Shown here piece after piece: positions 1 through 10,192 of a stretch of DNA of 64,000 bases. The DNA comes from Candidatus Bathyarchaeia archaeon (GTDB lineage Archaea > Thermoproteota > Bathyarchaeia > TCS64): contig JBEKDF010000006.1 of NCBI GenBank assembly GCA_050014495.1, positions 1 to 64,000 on the forward strand. The letters are read 5' to 3'. The position numbers and the translations under genes were made by a program. Position 1 is the first letter of the stretch. Each line of letters starts with the position of its first letter. The notes under the pieces were generated by a model, which was not told the DNA's origin, ran no database searches, and worked only from the letters and a program-made list of their open reading frames with translations.

Positions 1-205
1 ATATAACCACGACAAAAGAACCATAGAACCTAACGACTAAAACTTTCGCCCCTAAAAGACTGCAGAATATCACTATCTTTAAAGATTTATTGAATGTTCC
101 ATTTGGGGCGAAAGGACTGGGGGATAAGGCTATGGCCCCAAACCCAATATTTTAAATAAATCTTACAGCTACGATGATTTTGGAAGGTTTCAAAATAAGA
201 AAATA

Positions 206-628
206 TTGGAGGTGAATGAATCGTCAAAGAATGATGAGGTTAAGTTTCATCTTAATTGGCTACGGTTCATGTATGCCTACACGATTGTTGGGGCTGGGGG
301 AATTGGCTTGGCTCTTCTTATTGCTCCCAATACGGCTCTGGCTCTTCTTGGCATTCCAACTGAAGAACCAATAATGGCAGGAATTGCATATAGTGCGTGG
401 TTGGCATTCGGAATCTTATCCATATTTGGTTTGCGGTCACCCCTGAAATTTGTTCCAGTTCTGCTTTTGCAATTTACCTATAAAGTGGTTTGGTTCATAG
501 GAGTTATTGCTCCCATAGTTGTTTCGGGCGCTTTGCCGTCATTCGGAATTACGATGAGTGCCATTTTTGTGACATTTGTAATAGGAGACATAATCGTTAT
601 CCCGTGGCGCTATCTTCTTTCAAAATGA
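206..628 (+). CDS. Hypothetical integral membrane protein (about 4 TM)
   Basis: 140-aa ORF, almost entirely hydrophobic segments. Confidence 0.75.
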   Translation: MEVNESSKNDEVKFHLNWLRFMYAYTIVGAGGIGLALLIAPNTALALLGIPTEEPIMAGIAYSAWLAFGILSIFGLRSPLKFVPVLLLQFTYKVVWFIGVIAPIVVSGALPSFGITMSAIFVTFVIGDIIVIPWRYLLSK

Positions 629-701
629 CATGAATCCACTAAAATATCGACCTGCGCGCGCAAATCAAATTCTCTGTACCTAATTATTCGCATGCACGAA
701 C

Positions 702-1397
702 TTAATCTATTGGAGAACGTTCGATGGTTAAATTATCATAATAGACTAATCCCATGAACCCCCCCCCCCCGACGGTCGAGTCGCCTAAGTACAATCTCTC
801 GACGTTTATGTTAGAGTCACGAGGTTGAAAGCTCCCGTAACCAAGGTCATCAACATGTACATTGTAAATACTCAGCGAGTTTAGCCAATATAGATCTAGT
901 TTATGCCACGTATTCTTAGAAACCTCGCAAATATTCATGTAGTTAGCAGGGTTGTAACCGTCGCCCTTGTGTAAGATTTCTATGTAGCATACCCCCGCCT
1001 CATCATTTACCACTATTCTGTTCTGGACAATTGCCTTCGAGTCACGACACTCAGCTATGTAGAAGTGGTCAGGAACAACTGCGTAGTCGACATAGAACCA
1101 TATTTGGATGTGGAAATCTGTGTTGTTGCTTCCAGGTACACTTGTGTATGCATCTGCATAATCGGTTACATCCGGCGAGTAGATGCGTAAGGAGTAGGAG
1201 CCATCGGGTTTTACATTAGATGATTTTGTGACTGTGCCATAACCCGTTTCTATAGTCCAGTTTCTTGGGAAAGACTCAAAACCGTCTTTGAAGACGAGTT
1301 TGTACGTGTTTTGTTGCTGATTTATGGCGACCGCTAAAAAGGTAACCATTGCGAGTATGATGGATACTATGACCGCTGATTTTTAGCTGGTATTCAT
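702..1397 (-). pseudogene. Secreted or membrane-anchored beta-sandwich (lectin/ConA-like) protein with an in-frame TAA in its signal anchor
   Basis: In-frame ATG at 1397 gives MNTS*KSAVIVSIILAMVTFLAVAIN (TAA at 1385-1383); remainder 702..1349 is open and has FxDGFES, WHKLDLYW and YYDNL motifs. Confidence 0.55.
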
Positions 1398-1529
1398 GGG
1401 CTTATTGACTCGTTACCGATTTGGATGTATTTTACTGATTTGATCGTCCTCTTCTTGAATTCACTGTTTAGAAATCCAATCGGAAAAAATGCGCATGCGT
1501 ACACTCGAATACCTATTTCGGTACCTAAT

Positions 1530-1973
1530 TTAAGATCCTTTGCTTAACCTACGATATTTTAATGGCAACAAGTCTGAGATCTTCACTTTATAAGGTTCAT
1601 CGAGGGACCCAACTATCACAAATGTATCTTTACTGAAGTCACTGATCAACTCCCTGCATCTCCCACAAGGACTTAGAAGTTCATACTTGCCTCTGCCATC
1701 CCCCCACACTGCGACTATTGCCTCATATTCCCTTTCGCCATGAGCCAGGGCGTGACACATCGCGGCGACCTCCCCGCAGACATCAGCGAAGCCTACATTA
1801 GCGTTGGTATGTATACCTGTGAAGATCTGCTTTTTCCTCGTCCGCAGGGCAGATGCGACTTCGTGAATCCCATCTAAGTGAAGCTTGTCAGCGGTCTCCT
1901 TAGCTACTTGGATCAGTTTAGTGTCTTCGTCGCTTAGCTTCGACTTTTTCAAGTTGTTCAAGAAAACATCCAT
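1530..1973 (-). CDS. Cytidine deaminase family protein (blasticidin-S deaminase-like)
   Basis: C-x-E (VCGEVAA) and SPCGRCRE zinc motifs; ends in DLLPLKY. Confidence 0.85.
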   Translation of the reverse strand: MDVFLNNLKKSKLSDEDTKLIQVAKETADKLHLDGIHEVASALRTRKKQIFTGIHTNANVGFADVCGEVAAMCHALAHGEREYEAIVAVWGDGRGKYELLSPCGRCRELISDFSKDTFVIVGSLDEPYKVKISDLLPLKYRRLSKGS

Positions 1974-2153
1974 ATCGCATGTATTAGACTATTTTCTCTC
2001 TGTATATTTCGAAAGACAAAAATGGTTTGGGTTTGGACCATACTCTATCCTGAGTCCCACCTGAGAACCTAGCTAATTGTTAGTTATTAATATTCGATAT
2101 TCAACGCGTGCTATTCTACTCAATGACAAGTGTAAATATCTGAAACAGTTATT

Positions 2154-2321
2154 TCATGAAAACCCAATGGGGGTACAATCATAACTGCGCGCTTGCTCGT
2201 ACATGCGGGCATATTCCATATAGCAGTTCAAGCAGACCTCTCCTAAACTTGGAATATACGCAATAGAGTCAGGATTTTTTTTCCGGCATATGGAGCATTC
2301 TCTATCTATTTTGTGTAACAT
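2154..2321 (-). CDS. Small zinc-finger protein (55 aa), not in the ORF track
   Basis: Manual translation MLHKIDRECSICRKKNPDSIAYIPSLGEVCLNCYMEYARMYEQARSYDCTPIGFS*; two CxxC pairs. Confidence 0.55.
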   Translation of the reverse strand: MLHKIDRECSICRKKNPDSIAYIPSLGEVCLNCYMEYARMYEQARSYDCTPIGFS

Positions 2322-2494
2322 TATTTTTTAATCACAGACTACTGAACTCATTTTTTATTTAACATTTAGGAATAAATAGTTCTAACCTCTTGTCCTCGCA
2401 CTTCTGAGATTCCTTCTCCCACCCCGAACTGTTCAGGAGTCCTTTAAGCGCACTTCCGTGAAGCATAACTGTCTCTATTTTTTCTCATTCATAT

Positions 2495-4162
2495 TTAGAT
2501 ATAGGCGTCAGTCGCATATCTTCGCATCATTCGATGAGTGTTAAAATAATAGGCAATTTTTCCAATTGAATTTCGCATCATACTTATCCAATTATCTCGT
2601 TCATTATAGAATTTTGGGATAATAAGATATTCTAGCTTGTTGTAGAGATCAGCTAGTTCCCTTTTTCTTCTTTCACTCTCATTGATCTTTTGATCAGGAT
2701 ACGGGCCGATTGCCCAGCCGGTGAGACCTTCAACGCAGCCTTCAACCCACCAGCCGTCTAAGACACTATAATTTATCACACCGTTATGCGCTGCTTTCAT
2801 GCCGCTTGTCCCAGAAGCCTCATATGGGGGTAAGGGGGTATTCAGCCAAATATCAACCCCCGAAGTCATTAATCCAGCCATTTCCATATCATAGTTTTCA
2901 AGATAGACGATTTCAATCGTATTTTTCAATAGGTCAATGTACTTATAGAGGTCTCTGATCAGCATCTTACCCATCTCATCTCTAGGATGCGCTTTCCCGG
3001 CGAAAACTAATTGAATTTTTCCTTGTTCCCCCACTTCCTTAAGCTTCTCCAAGTCTGAAAAGATCATGGTTGCCCTCTTGTACTCAGTAGCTCTTCTGGC
3101 AAAGCCTAAGGTCAACGTACCAACATCCATTCTTACGCCAATTTTTTCCTTAACAAAGTCGAGCAAATCCTGCTTTGATTTCATATGCGCTGTCCATAAC
3201 TCATTATTCGGAATTGCATCAACTCTTACAAGAAGTTCTGGTTCGTTTGCCCATCCTCGTATATACTTGTCGAAAAGTTGTCTAAAATATGGGCAGGTCC
3301 ATGTATAAGAATGGACTCCATTAGTTATTTCTTGGATGTTGTATCCTGGAAAAATCTTCCTCGAGAACTTCATATGTGACTCTGTGACGCCATTAGTAAA
3401 TTTACTCAGATTCAAAGCCATAAGCGTCATATTCAATTGAGATGACCCACCATACTTAATCAAGACCTCCTGCGGAAATTCATGCCCAAGCACTCGTGAT
3501 ACAAGTTCATATGAGAATTTATCAAAAGCGGCTTCAACCGGTGTGTGAGTTGTGAAAACGCATAAATTCTTCACTTTATCAGCATTCATCTCATTTCTTT
3601 TTAAGAGCTCGAGAGTTAGAAGGCTGGAATGGCCCTCATTCATGTGATATTTTTTGATGTTGATGTTTAAAGCTTCAAGGATTTTCACTCCACCTATACC
3701 TAATACTATCTCTTGTTTCAACCGATATATTTCGTCGCCTCCATAAAGAAAATCAGTTATTTCTCTATCACATTTATCGTTTCCTTCAATGTCAGTAGTG
3801 AGAAACAGAACCGGAACAACCCCTCCGGTCACGCTCTCTTGGTGATAAACCCAAGCTCCGACCTTGACGTCATCGTCTCCGATTCTAACGGTCACTGTTG
3901 TGGGCAACATTCTCATAAACTTTGAAGGTTCCCACACCTCCGGATATTCCAATTGCACCCCATCTGGCGTAATCTTCTGCTTCAGGTAACCTTCCTTACT
4001 GAGTAAGGTGACTGCGACAAATGGAATTCTCAGATCTGCACTTGATCTAATTACGTCACCTGCTAAAACCCCTAACCCACCGCTGTAGGTTGGCATATTA
4101 CTCTTTACGCCGACTTCCATGGAAAAATAAGCGATTCTGGGGCCTTCGATAAAACTGCGCAT
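2495..4162 (-). CDS. glgP: Alpha-glucan (glycogen/maltodextrin) phosphorylase, short form
   Basis: AYFSME, YSGGLGVLAGD, HMNEGH, GFARRATEYKR and the PLP-lysine motif EASGTSGMKAA; likely start ATG 4162. Confidence 0.95.
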   Translation of the reverse strand: MRSFIEGPRIAYFSMEVGVKSNMPTYSGGLGVLAGDVIRSSADLRIPFVAVTLLSKEGYLKQKITPDGVQLEYPEVWEPSKFMRMLPTTVTVRIGDDDVKVGAWVYHQESVTGGVVPVLFLTTDIEGNDKCDREITDFLYGGDEIYRLKQEIVLGIGGVKILEALNINIKKYHMNEGHSSLLTLELLKRNEMNADKVKNLCVFTTHTPVEAAFDKFSYELVSRVLGHEFPQEVLIKYGGSSQLNMTLMALNLSKFTNGVTESHMKFSRKIFPGYNIQEITNGVHSYTWTCPYFRQLFDKYIRGWANEPELLVRVDAIPNNELWTAHMKSKQDLLDFVKEKIGVRMDVGTLTLGFARRATEYKRATMIFSDLEKLKEVGEQGKIQLVFAGKAHPRDEMGKMLIRDLYKYIDLLKNTIEIVYLENYDMEMAGLMTSGVDIWLNTPLPPYEASGTSGMKAAHNGVINYSVLDGWWVEGCVEGLTGWAIGPYPDQKINESERRKRELADLYNKLEYLIIPKFYNERDNWISMMRNSIGKIAYYFNTHRMMRRYATDAYI

Positions 4163-4449
4163 GCAGTACTCGCTGTCAAAGTAAAATTGTTTAGTTAAAA
4201 ACTCGCTCTTAAAATTAGTTTCATTAGACTCTAATAAAATTCCGCATATAGGATCTTTCACATTCACACTGTAACACTCATAGAGACAAACGACAACCGA
4301 GCTTTAAATAAACCATTACTGCAGGCGTCCATTTGGGCTGCAAAAAGTAAATTCCTACCTGCGAGCGCGCGCATTATTTACCCGCTCACAAGAAAGAGTT
4401 ATAAAGTTAAATGAACTATACTAAAGTTGCGTGAAGTGTTATAAAGTAA

Positions 4450-5826
4450 ATGAGGATCCCATTCGTATCTGAGTTTGAGACCGGTGAGCCTTGGAGGCTC
4501 AAAAGTGATAGAGCAGGGGTAGCCGTACCCATACTCATCAAAGGTCCTCGAGGCACACGAACCTACAAGTTACTATCCGAAGTCAGCGACCAGGTAAGCC
4601 TCAGGGACACAGGCAGCATAAACCAACTACAGGTCAACAACAACTCGGAGGACACCGTGTTCATCAGGAAGGGATCGATAATCAAGGGCAACACACAGAC
4701 GAGGGCCCTGACCCTCAGCATACTCGTCGCCCCCAAAACGACCACCCAAGCCGAGATTAAATGCGTCTACGCCTCCAAGGGAATCAGAGGCGGAGCCAAC
4801 TTCGAGTTCTCCGGGAATTACACACCCACAAGAGTCATGTCAAGCTTGAGAGAATCGCAATCACAAACATGGGATGCCGTCAGATCATTCAACCTCGAAT
4901 CCCCCAAGATACTCAGACAAGCCTCCAATAACTCAGCCATCAACGACATCCTAGAACGCTTATTAAACCTCAAGACAGCGCCAGACGACCTAGATGGATA
5001 CATGAAGGCCGAGGCGAACATCATCGACGAGGCCATGAAGAACGTCCCAGTCGACCACGTCAGACAAGTCGGTTTAGCCGTCATCGACATAGATGGGGTG
5101 GCTGCCCTGGAGATATTTGACCACCCGGACTCATGGAGGGCCCTCTCCAAATCCGTGACGAGAAACTACGCGGACATACTCAACAAGATGGCGCCGGACA
5201 TATTCGACATCAACTTGGATAAAGTGAGGCAACATGTCGAAGCCTTCCTAGCAAACCTACGAGACCTCGACGGAAAAGTTGCTTACAGCGAGAACTCCTA
5301 CAAAACCTATGAGATTAGGGAGGAAAAACTCGTAGGTGAATTCACCACCAGTGGTGGAGACCTCATCCACGTGCTGGTGACTAGAGTAGAGAAGCAGGAT
5401 AGACACACCCCGGAGTATCTTACTCGCCCTATAAACATGGTAAATAAACTAAACATCAATGAAGATACAAGACTATCATCTCGACCAGCCTTCTACAATG
5501 ATAGTTTTAAGCCGATCCAGGAATCCCTCAGCCCCATCCAAATCGAATCCACTCAAACAATCGCGGCTATGAAGGTCGACTACCTCACGAAGAAGAGGGG
5601 CTACGAGACAATTATCTCGTTGAAGGAGGCCCCGAAGACCTTCAATGAACTCCAGAAATCAACTGGGATGTCAACAGCCACCGTGACCAAGGCACTGAGA
5701 GAAGCCGAGGAGTTGAGGCTCGTCCACAGATCTTACCGCTCAGCGGACGCCTCAACCGTCTACGAGCTAACGGAGGACGGAAAGAAGCTCGAGCCAAGAA
5801 AGTTCAAGGCAACCATAGAGGATTAA
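4450..5826 (+). CDS. ARPP-1/DUF6569-like domain fused to a C-terminal winged-helix HTH
   Basis: GSINQLQVNN..VFIRKGSIIKGNTQTR..ILV..IKCV and SQSQTWDAV resemble ARPP-1; C-terminal PKTFNELQKSTGMSTATVTKALREAEE..YELTEDG is an HxlR-like wHTH. Confidence 0.65.
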   Translation: MRIPFVSEFETGEPWRLKSDRAGVAVPILIKGPRGTRTYKLLSEVSDQVSLRDTGSINQLQVNNNSEDTVFIRKGSIIKGNTQTRALTLSILVAPKTTTQAEIKCVYASKGIRGGANFEFSGNYTPTRVMSSLRESQSQTWDAVRSFNLESPKILRQASNNSAINDILERLLNLKTAPDDLDGYMKAEANIIDEAMKNVPVDHVRQVGLAVIDIDGVAALEIFDHPDSWRALSKSVTRNYADILNKMAPDIFDINLDKVRQHVEAFLANLRDLDGKVAYSENSYKTYEIREEKLVGEFTTSGGDLIHVLVTRVEKQDRHTPEYLTRPINMVNKLNINEDTRLSSRPAFYNDSFKPIQESLSPIQIESTQTIAAMKVDYLTKKRGYETIISLKEAPKTFNELQKSTGMSTATVTKALREAEELRLVHRSYRSADASTVYELTEDGKKLEPRKFKATIED

Positions 5827-5880
5827 CCAACCACTTATCTTCAAGCGAAACAATACAACTACATTGACGGAGGAGCCACA

Positions 5881-6030
5881 ATGGATGTAACTATTTGGTT
5901 GCTAATCATAATCGGCATCCTAATCGGCGCGTTTCTCTACATCAAATCGGATAAACGACCGGATCCATCTGGCGAAGATGAGCTCGATGACTGGGATCAG
6001 CAGGACCAGCTAGAGGGAGACGAGATCTAA
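5881..6030 (+). CDS. Small single-pass membrane protein with acidic tail (49 aa)
   Basis: GGAGG SD upstream; MDVTIWLLIIIGILIGAFLYIKSDKRPDPSGEDELDDWDQQDQLEGDEI*. Confidence 0.6.
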   Translation: MDVTIWLLIIIGILIGAFLYIKSDKRPDPSGEDELDDWDQQDQLEGDEI

Positions 6031-6174
6031 AACATCGGACCAAAAACAGATCGTATGTTTTATTAAATAATTCGCACGCCGCCCGCAACGCTAAGGGCAC
6101 CCGCGCTCACAAGTGAAAGCTCTAACTACGCGTGCTTGCAAAGGTTTTATTTCAGCAGTTAAACTTTTTTAATC

Positions 6175-6636
6175 ATGACTGAAAGTAAAGAAGGTTTGGT
6201 TAACTCAGACAGAAAGAGGGGAATCGATCTATTCAACAAGACATGGGATCTCATCGACAAGAAAGACAGGACACACAGCGATGACCTGAACATGATTCAC
6301 TCAGCCCATACTTCAAGATATCACTGGGGAATGGTTGGTGAACCCATCAATTTGGCGAGAGGAGAATGACAGATTAGCAGGGTCTACTCCCTGCTTCGAA
6401 GGGGAGAACCGACTCTGTTACATGCTCGAGAGACCCTCAATTTATGTGTAAAAAATGGAATTGGCGACTTTGATCTGGCTTTCGCCCATGAGGCCATGGC
6501 GAGAGCGCATTCGATTCTGGGTGATCTAGTTACTGCAAAGGAACACATCGAAAGAGCGAGGGAAGCGGCGGTAAAGATCGTGGATGATGGTAACCGCAAG
6601 TATCTACTCGCTGAGTTGAAAAGTGTCAAAATTTAA
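6175..6636 (+). pseudogene. Conserved hypothetical helical (TPR-like) protein interrupted by TGA at a conserved Trp
   Basis: Reads ARGE*QISRVYSLL...GIGDFDLAFAHEAMARA...; frame stays open to TAA 6634-6636; family consensus recalled as RGEWQISRVY. Confidence 0.8.
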
Positions 6637-6735
6637 TGCAAAAGTGGCAGCTCGAGCAAAGGGAATCACCCGGGATCAAGTTCGTCAGCGCAGATAAACT
6701 TTGAGTAGCTCCCAGTGTGAAGGAGTATAGATAGA

Positions 6736-6963
6736 CTAAGCACGCGAGTGTTTATGCATATTTAGGTACAATTCTACCGCTAATAGAATGCCACCTAGGA
6801 TAATAATGGCTACTCCTATGATACTAATCCCCCAATCTAAAACGACGCTATGGTTGGCATAATTTATCTCGATCAAAATGAAGCCAAATAAAATGAGTAA
6901 AGGTGGAGTAATGTAGATCAAAACCCTAACAATGAGTTGTAGATCGTCGTGCAAAGTTTTCAC
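6736..6963 (-). CDS. Small 2-TM membrane protein
   Basis: 75-aa ORF with two hydrophobic helices. Confidence 0.55.
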   Translation of the reverse strand: MKTLHDDLQLIVRVLIYITPPLLILFGFILIEINYANHSVVLDWGISIIGVAIIILGGILLAVELYLNMHKHSRA

Positions 6964-6983
6964 TACGTCAAACTTTCTCTATG

Positions 6984-7017
6984 AATTTAGGCGCGCCTAA
7001 TATTTATAATTTAGGCG
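6984..7017. promoter_or_regulatory. Palindromic operator-like site between divergent genes upstream of catalase
   Basis: Perfect palindrome TTAGGCGCGCCTAA (6987-7000) plus CGCCTAA-N10-TTAGGCG enclosing a TATA-like TTTATAA. Confidence 0.4.
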
Positions 7018-7073
7018 TTCGCGCATCTTTAAAAACGGGTAACTCAAGTAAAATGTTGGGAGGGTTCTGTAAG

Positions 7074-8537
7074 GTGTCAGAAAAAAAGAAGGAGAAGCTA
7101 ACAACAGTTGCAGGCGCACCTGTACCTGACAACCAAAATGCCATGACCGCCGGTCCTCGAGGGCCGATGCTCCTACAGGACGTATGGTACCTCGAAAAAC
7201 TATCTCATTTTGACAGAGAAGTCATTCCCGAGAGAAGAATGCACGCCAAAGGCTCCGGCGCTTTTGGCACCTTCACTGTAACCCATGACATCACAAAATA
7301 CACGAAAGCCAAGATCTTCTCGAAAATCGGCAAGAAAACGGATATGTTTGTCCGTTTTTCAACGGTTGCCGGTGAGCGTGGCGCAGCCGATGCCGAGCGT
7401 GACATCCGTGGCTTTGCAATGAAATTTTATACCGAAGAAGGCAACTGGGACCTAGTTGGAAACAACACCCCCGTGTTCTTCATGCGTGACCCACTCAAGT
7501 TCCCAGACCTGAACCACGCAGTAAAACGTGACCCTCGAACAAATATGAGAAGCGCAAAAAACAATTGGGACTTCTGGACCTCGCTCCCCGAAGCACTCCA
7601 TCAGGTAACAATCACCATGAGCGAAAGAGGAATTCCGCTATCATACAGACACATGCACGGTTTTGGTAGCCACGCCTTCAGCATGATCAACGCTAAAAAT
7701 GAGCGTGTCTGGGTTAAATTCCATTTTGTCACCCAGCAAGGCATCAAGAACCTGACCGACGCTGAGGCTGCATCCATCATCGCGAAGGACCGCGAGAGCC
7801 ATCAGCGTGACCTATACGATAGCATCGAAAAGGGCGAATTCCCTCGCTGGAAGCTTTTCATCCAAGTCATGACTGAGGAACAAGCAAAGAAAATGCCATA
7901 CAATCCCTTCGACTTAACAAAGGTGTGGTATCACGGCGAATTTCCACTGATCGAGGTAGGGTATTTTGAACTAAACCGCAACCCCGAGAACTATTTTGCA
8001 GACGTAGAACAATCTGCCTTTAACCCTGCTAACGTGGTGCCAGGCATCGGTTTCTCTCCAGACAAAATGCTGCAGGGCCGACTATTCGCTTATGGTGACG
8101 CACAGCGCTACAGACTTGGCGTAAACCACCACCAGATACCCGTGAACGCCCCGCGTTGCCCGGTGAACAGCTACCACCGAGATGGCCAGATGATGGTTAA
8201 CAATAACGCAGGCAGCACCATCGGGTACGAGCCCAACAGCTACGGGAATTGGCAAGAACAGCCAGACTTCAAGGACCCCCCACTTGAGTTAAGCGGCGCC
8301 GCAGATCATTGGAACTTCAGAGAAGACGACGATGACTACTACACTCAGCCAGGAAAACTATTCAGATTGATGAGCCCTGAGCAGCAACAAGTCTTGTTTG
8401 AAAACATGGCGCGTGCCATGGGAGACATTCCGAAGGCAATAAAGATACGACACATCAAGAACTGCCTGAAGGCGGATCCTGCTTATGGCAAAGGAGTGGC
8501 GCGTGCTCTCGGAATATCATTAGATGAAGCAACCTAA
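7074..8537 (+). CDS. katA: Monofunctional heme catalase (small subunit)
   Basis: [33 protein letters not shown] and heme-Tyr motif [12 protein letters not shown]; likely start GTG 7074. Confidence 0.97.
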   Translation: MSEKKKEKLTTVAGAPVPDNQNAMTAGPRGPMLLQDVWYLEKLSHFDREVIPERRMHAKGSGAFGTFTVTHDITKYTKAKIFSKIGKKTDMFVRFSTVAGERGAADAERDIRGFAMKFYTEEGNWDLVGNNTPVFFMRDPLKFPDLNHAVKRDPRTNMRSAKNNWDFWTSLPEALHQVTITMSERGIPLSYRHMHGFGSHAFSMINAKNERVWVKFHFVTQQGIKNLTDAEAASIIAKDRESHQRDLYDSIEKGEFPRWKLFIQVMTEEQAKKMPYNPFDLTKVWYHGEFPLIEVGYFELNRNPENYFADVEQSAFNPANVVPGIGFSPDKMLQGRLFAYGDAQRYRLGVNHHQIPVNAPRCPVNSYHRDGQMMVNNNAGSTIGYEPNSYGNWQEQPDFKDPPLELSGAADHWNFREDDDDYYTQPGKLFRLMSPEQQQVLFENMARAMGDIPKAIKIRHIKNCLKADPAYGKGVARALGISLDEAT

Positions 8538-8782
8538 TCTATTATTATTCAAACACCCAATTTCTTGTACGTGTAAGATTATTGAGTCAAACTTCATTTA
8601 ACCGTCACCCCTCCTAAATACCTAGGTTTAAGAGGCTAAGCGCAAACGCTGAATGACCGACAAATCTAGAGACGACGAGCTCGATGACGGGCACAAACCC
8701 ATTATTATTAATAGTTAATCAGGCCTACTCACGCATTTCTGGGTTTTTAAGATGATAAAAAAGGAAACTTTGTGAATTAGCC

Positions 8783-9298
8783 TTACTTACCGGAGACTGG
8801 TGGTATAACGCCGCTTCCATCACTGTTATAGATACTATAAGCCTGAGCCATCGACCACACAAAGTTATCAGCAGAGAACCTGTTATCCCCGTTAACGTAT
8901 TTTATGGAGTCAGCAATGACAGTTGTTATTCCTGTGTTCTTATCGATGACGCACTTGAAGTTCGTAGCCGTCAGCGTCATGTTATCTGATTTGAAGTCTA
9001 TGGATGGTGATGAGATAGTTAACACACCACCCTTAGCAACTATGGATAGGGTAGCCGACCCATCATTTGCGTCGAGGAGCATCTGAAGGTACTGCTCAAA
9101 TGTGTAGATGCTTGGAGGCGACTTGATGATGACTATGGGAGAGATTAGTCCTCCTCCACTGTCTGTGCTATTGGAAACTGGTATCATGCCCCTAATCGCG
9201 GTTGAATTCGCTCCGAGGACTACACCCGCTAGAACCGAGGTACCACATATTCCGGCGAGTATCAGTACGACTGAAACTATGATTACTTTCGTGTTCAT
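8783..9298 (-). CDS. Hypothetical secreted or membrane-anchored protein
   Basis: N-terminal signal anchor; Ser/Thr-rich beta-type body. Confidence 0.65.
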   Translation of the reverse strand: MNTKVIIVSVVLILAGICGTSVLAGVVLGANSTAIRGMIPVSNSTDSGGGLISPIVIIKSPPSIYTFEQYLQMLLDANDGSATLSIVAKGGVLTISSPSIDFKSDNMTLTATNFKCVIDKNTGITTVIADSIKYVNGDNRFSADNFVWSMAQAYSIYNSDGSGVIPPVSGK

Positions 9299-9517
9299 AC
9301 AAATATAGAGATTGGTCGTATCGCTATAATGCTATGTTTTAGAACATTTGGTCGGCGATTGGGATTTTAATTATCGGCCTGTTCTTGCGATTAGAACATA
9401 TAGAATCACGGCATGTGGGGTAGTAGTGATGTTTTGGAGGCCCAGTCGATCGCCCACGCAAGTGCTATGAGTGGAGAACCAGCAGGATAAGTTGTATAGA
9501 GACGAAAACTAGATACA

Positions 9518-9562
9518 ATGACTCTCATAATAGTCTACGACGGTACATCAACGATCAGCGGC
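9518..9562 (+). pseudogene. 45-bp 5' remnant of a paralog of the RNase J-like gene at 14765
   Basis: MTLIIVYDGTSTISG vs MTLLTVYDGASTIGG; 38/45 nt identical by hand alignment; ends in GCGCGC. Confidence 0.75.
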
Positions 9563-9718
9563 GCGCATATTTTATATCGCAGAGTAGATGCGACAAAGAT
9601 GAACACAAAAACCTCCTCGACTCCCGCGCACGTTAATTAGGGATTAGCTAGCACGTGACACAACGAACAGATCTTACTAAATGCCAATTAATGTTCGCTA
9701 TCTTTCTTACCTAGGTTC

Positions 9719-10192
9719 TTATTTCAATTTAATTGGACGCATATGCTGATCCTTAAAAACCTCTAACACCGAGAAGATGTAAATATCGTCAATTCCATCG
9801 ATAGCCCTAACCTTGTCGAGGATCTTCGTAAGCTCGTCTCGATTCTTAGCCTGGATCTTAATCATGAGATCAAATTCAGCCGTTGTGCCGTAAACCTCAA
9901 CGACCTCAACCATATCGACTAGCTTCTCAGCCACCTTCTTGTAGAGCTTAGCATTCGTCTCTACCCCCAATAAAACAACAACATTGAGGCCGAGTGCTCT
10001 TTCGTCCACTATTATTGTGAATTTTTTAATTATCCCTTCACTGATGAGCCGCTTAACCTTATCGTGCACAGTTGATGTTGGGATGCCCACTGTATTTCCA
10101 AGTCGGGAAAAACTGATGTCTCCCTCCCCCTGAAGAACTCCGAGAATCTTCAGGTCATCCTCATCAAGTTCCACCGTCGATCTTGTGGACAT
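9719..10192 (-). CDS. Lrp/AsnC family transcriptional regulator
   Basis: LDEDDLKILGVLQ..HTH..VKRLISEGIIKKF and RAM domain (TAEFDLMIKI); divergent from mgtA. Confidence 0.92.
   Translation of the reverse strand: MSTRSTVELDEDDLKILGVLQGEGDISFSRLGNTVGIPTSTVHDKVKRLISEGIIKKFTIIVDERALGLNVVVLLGVETNAKLYKKVAEKLVDMVEVVEVYGTTAEFDLMIKIQAKNRDELTKILDKVRAIDGIDDIYIFSVLEVFKDQHMRPIKLK

Noticed and set aside
676..1530. 10-bp direct repeat GTACCTAATT (676-685 and 1521-1530) flanking one gene as a target-site duplication
   Set aside because: No terminal inverted repeats or transposase; a short AT-rich match could be chance
6384..6629. 81-aa minus-strand ORF
   Set aside because: Shadow of the post-stop half of the 6175-6636 pseudogene
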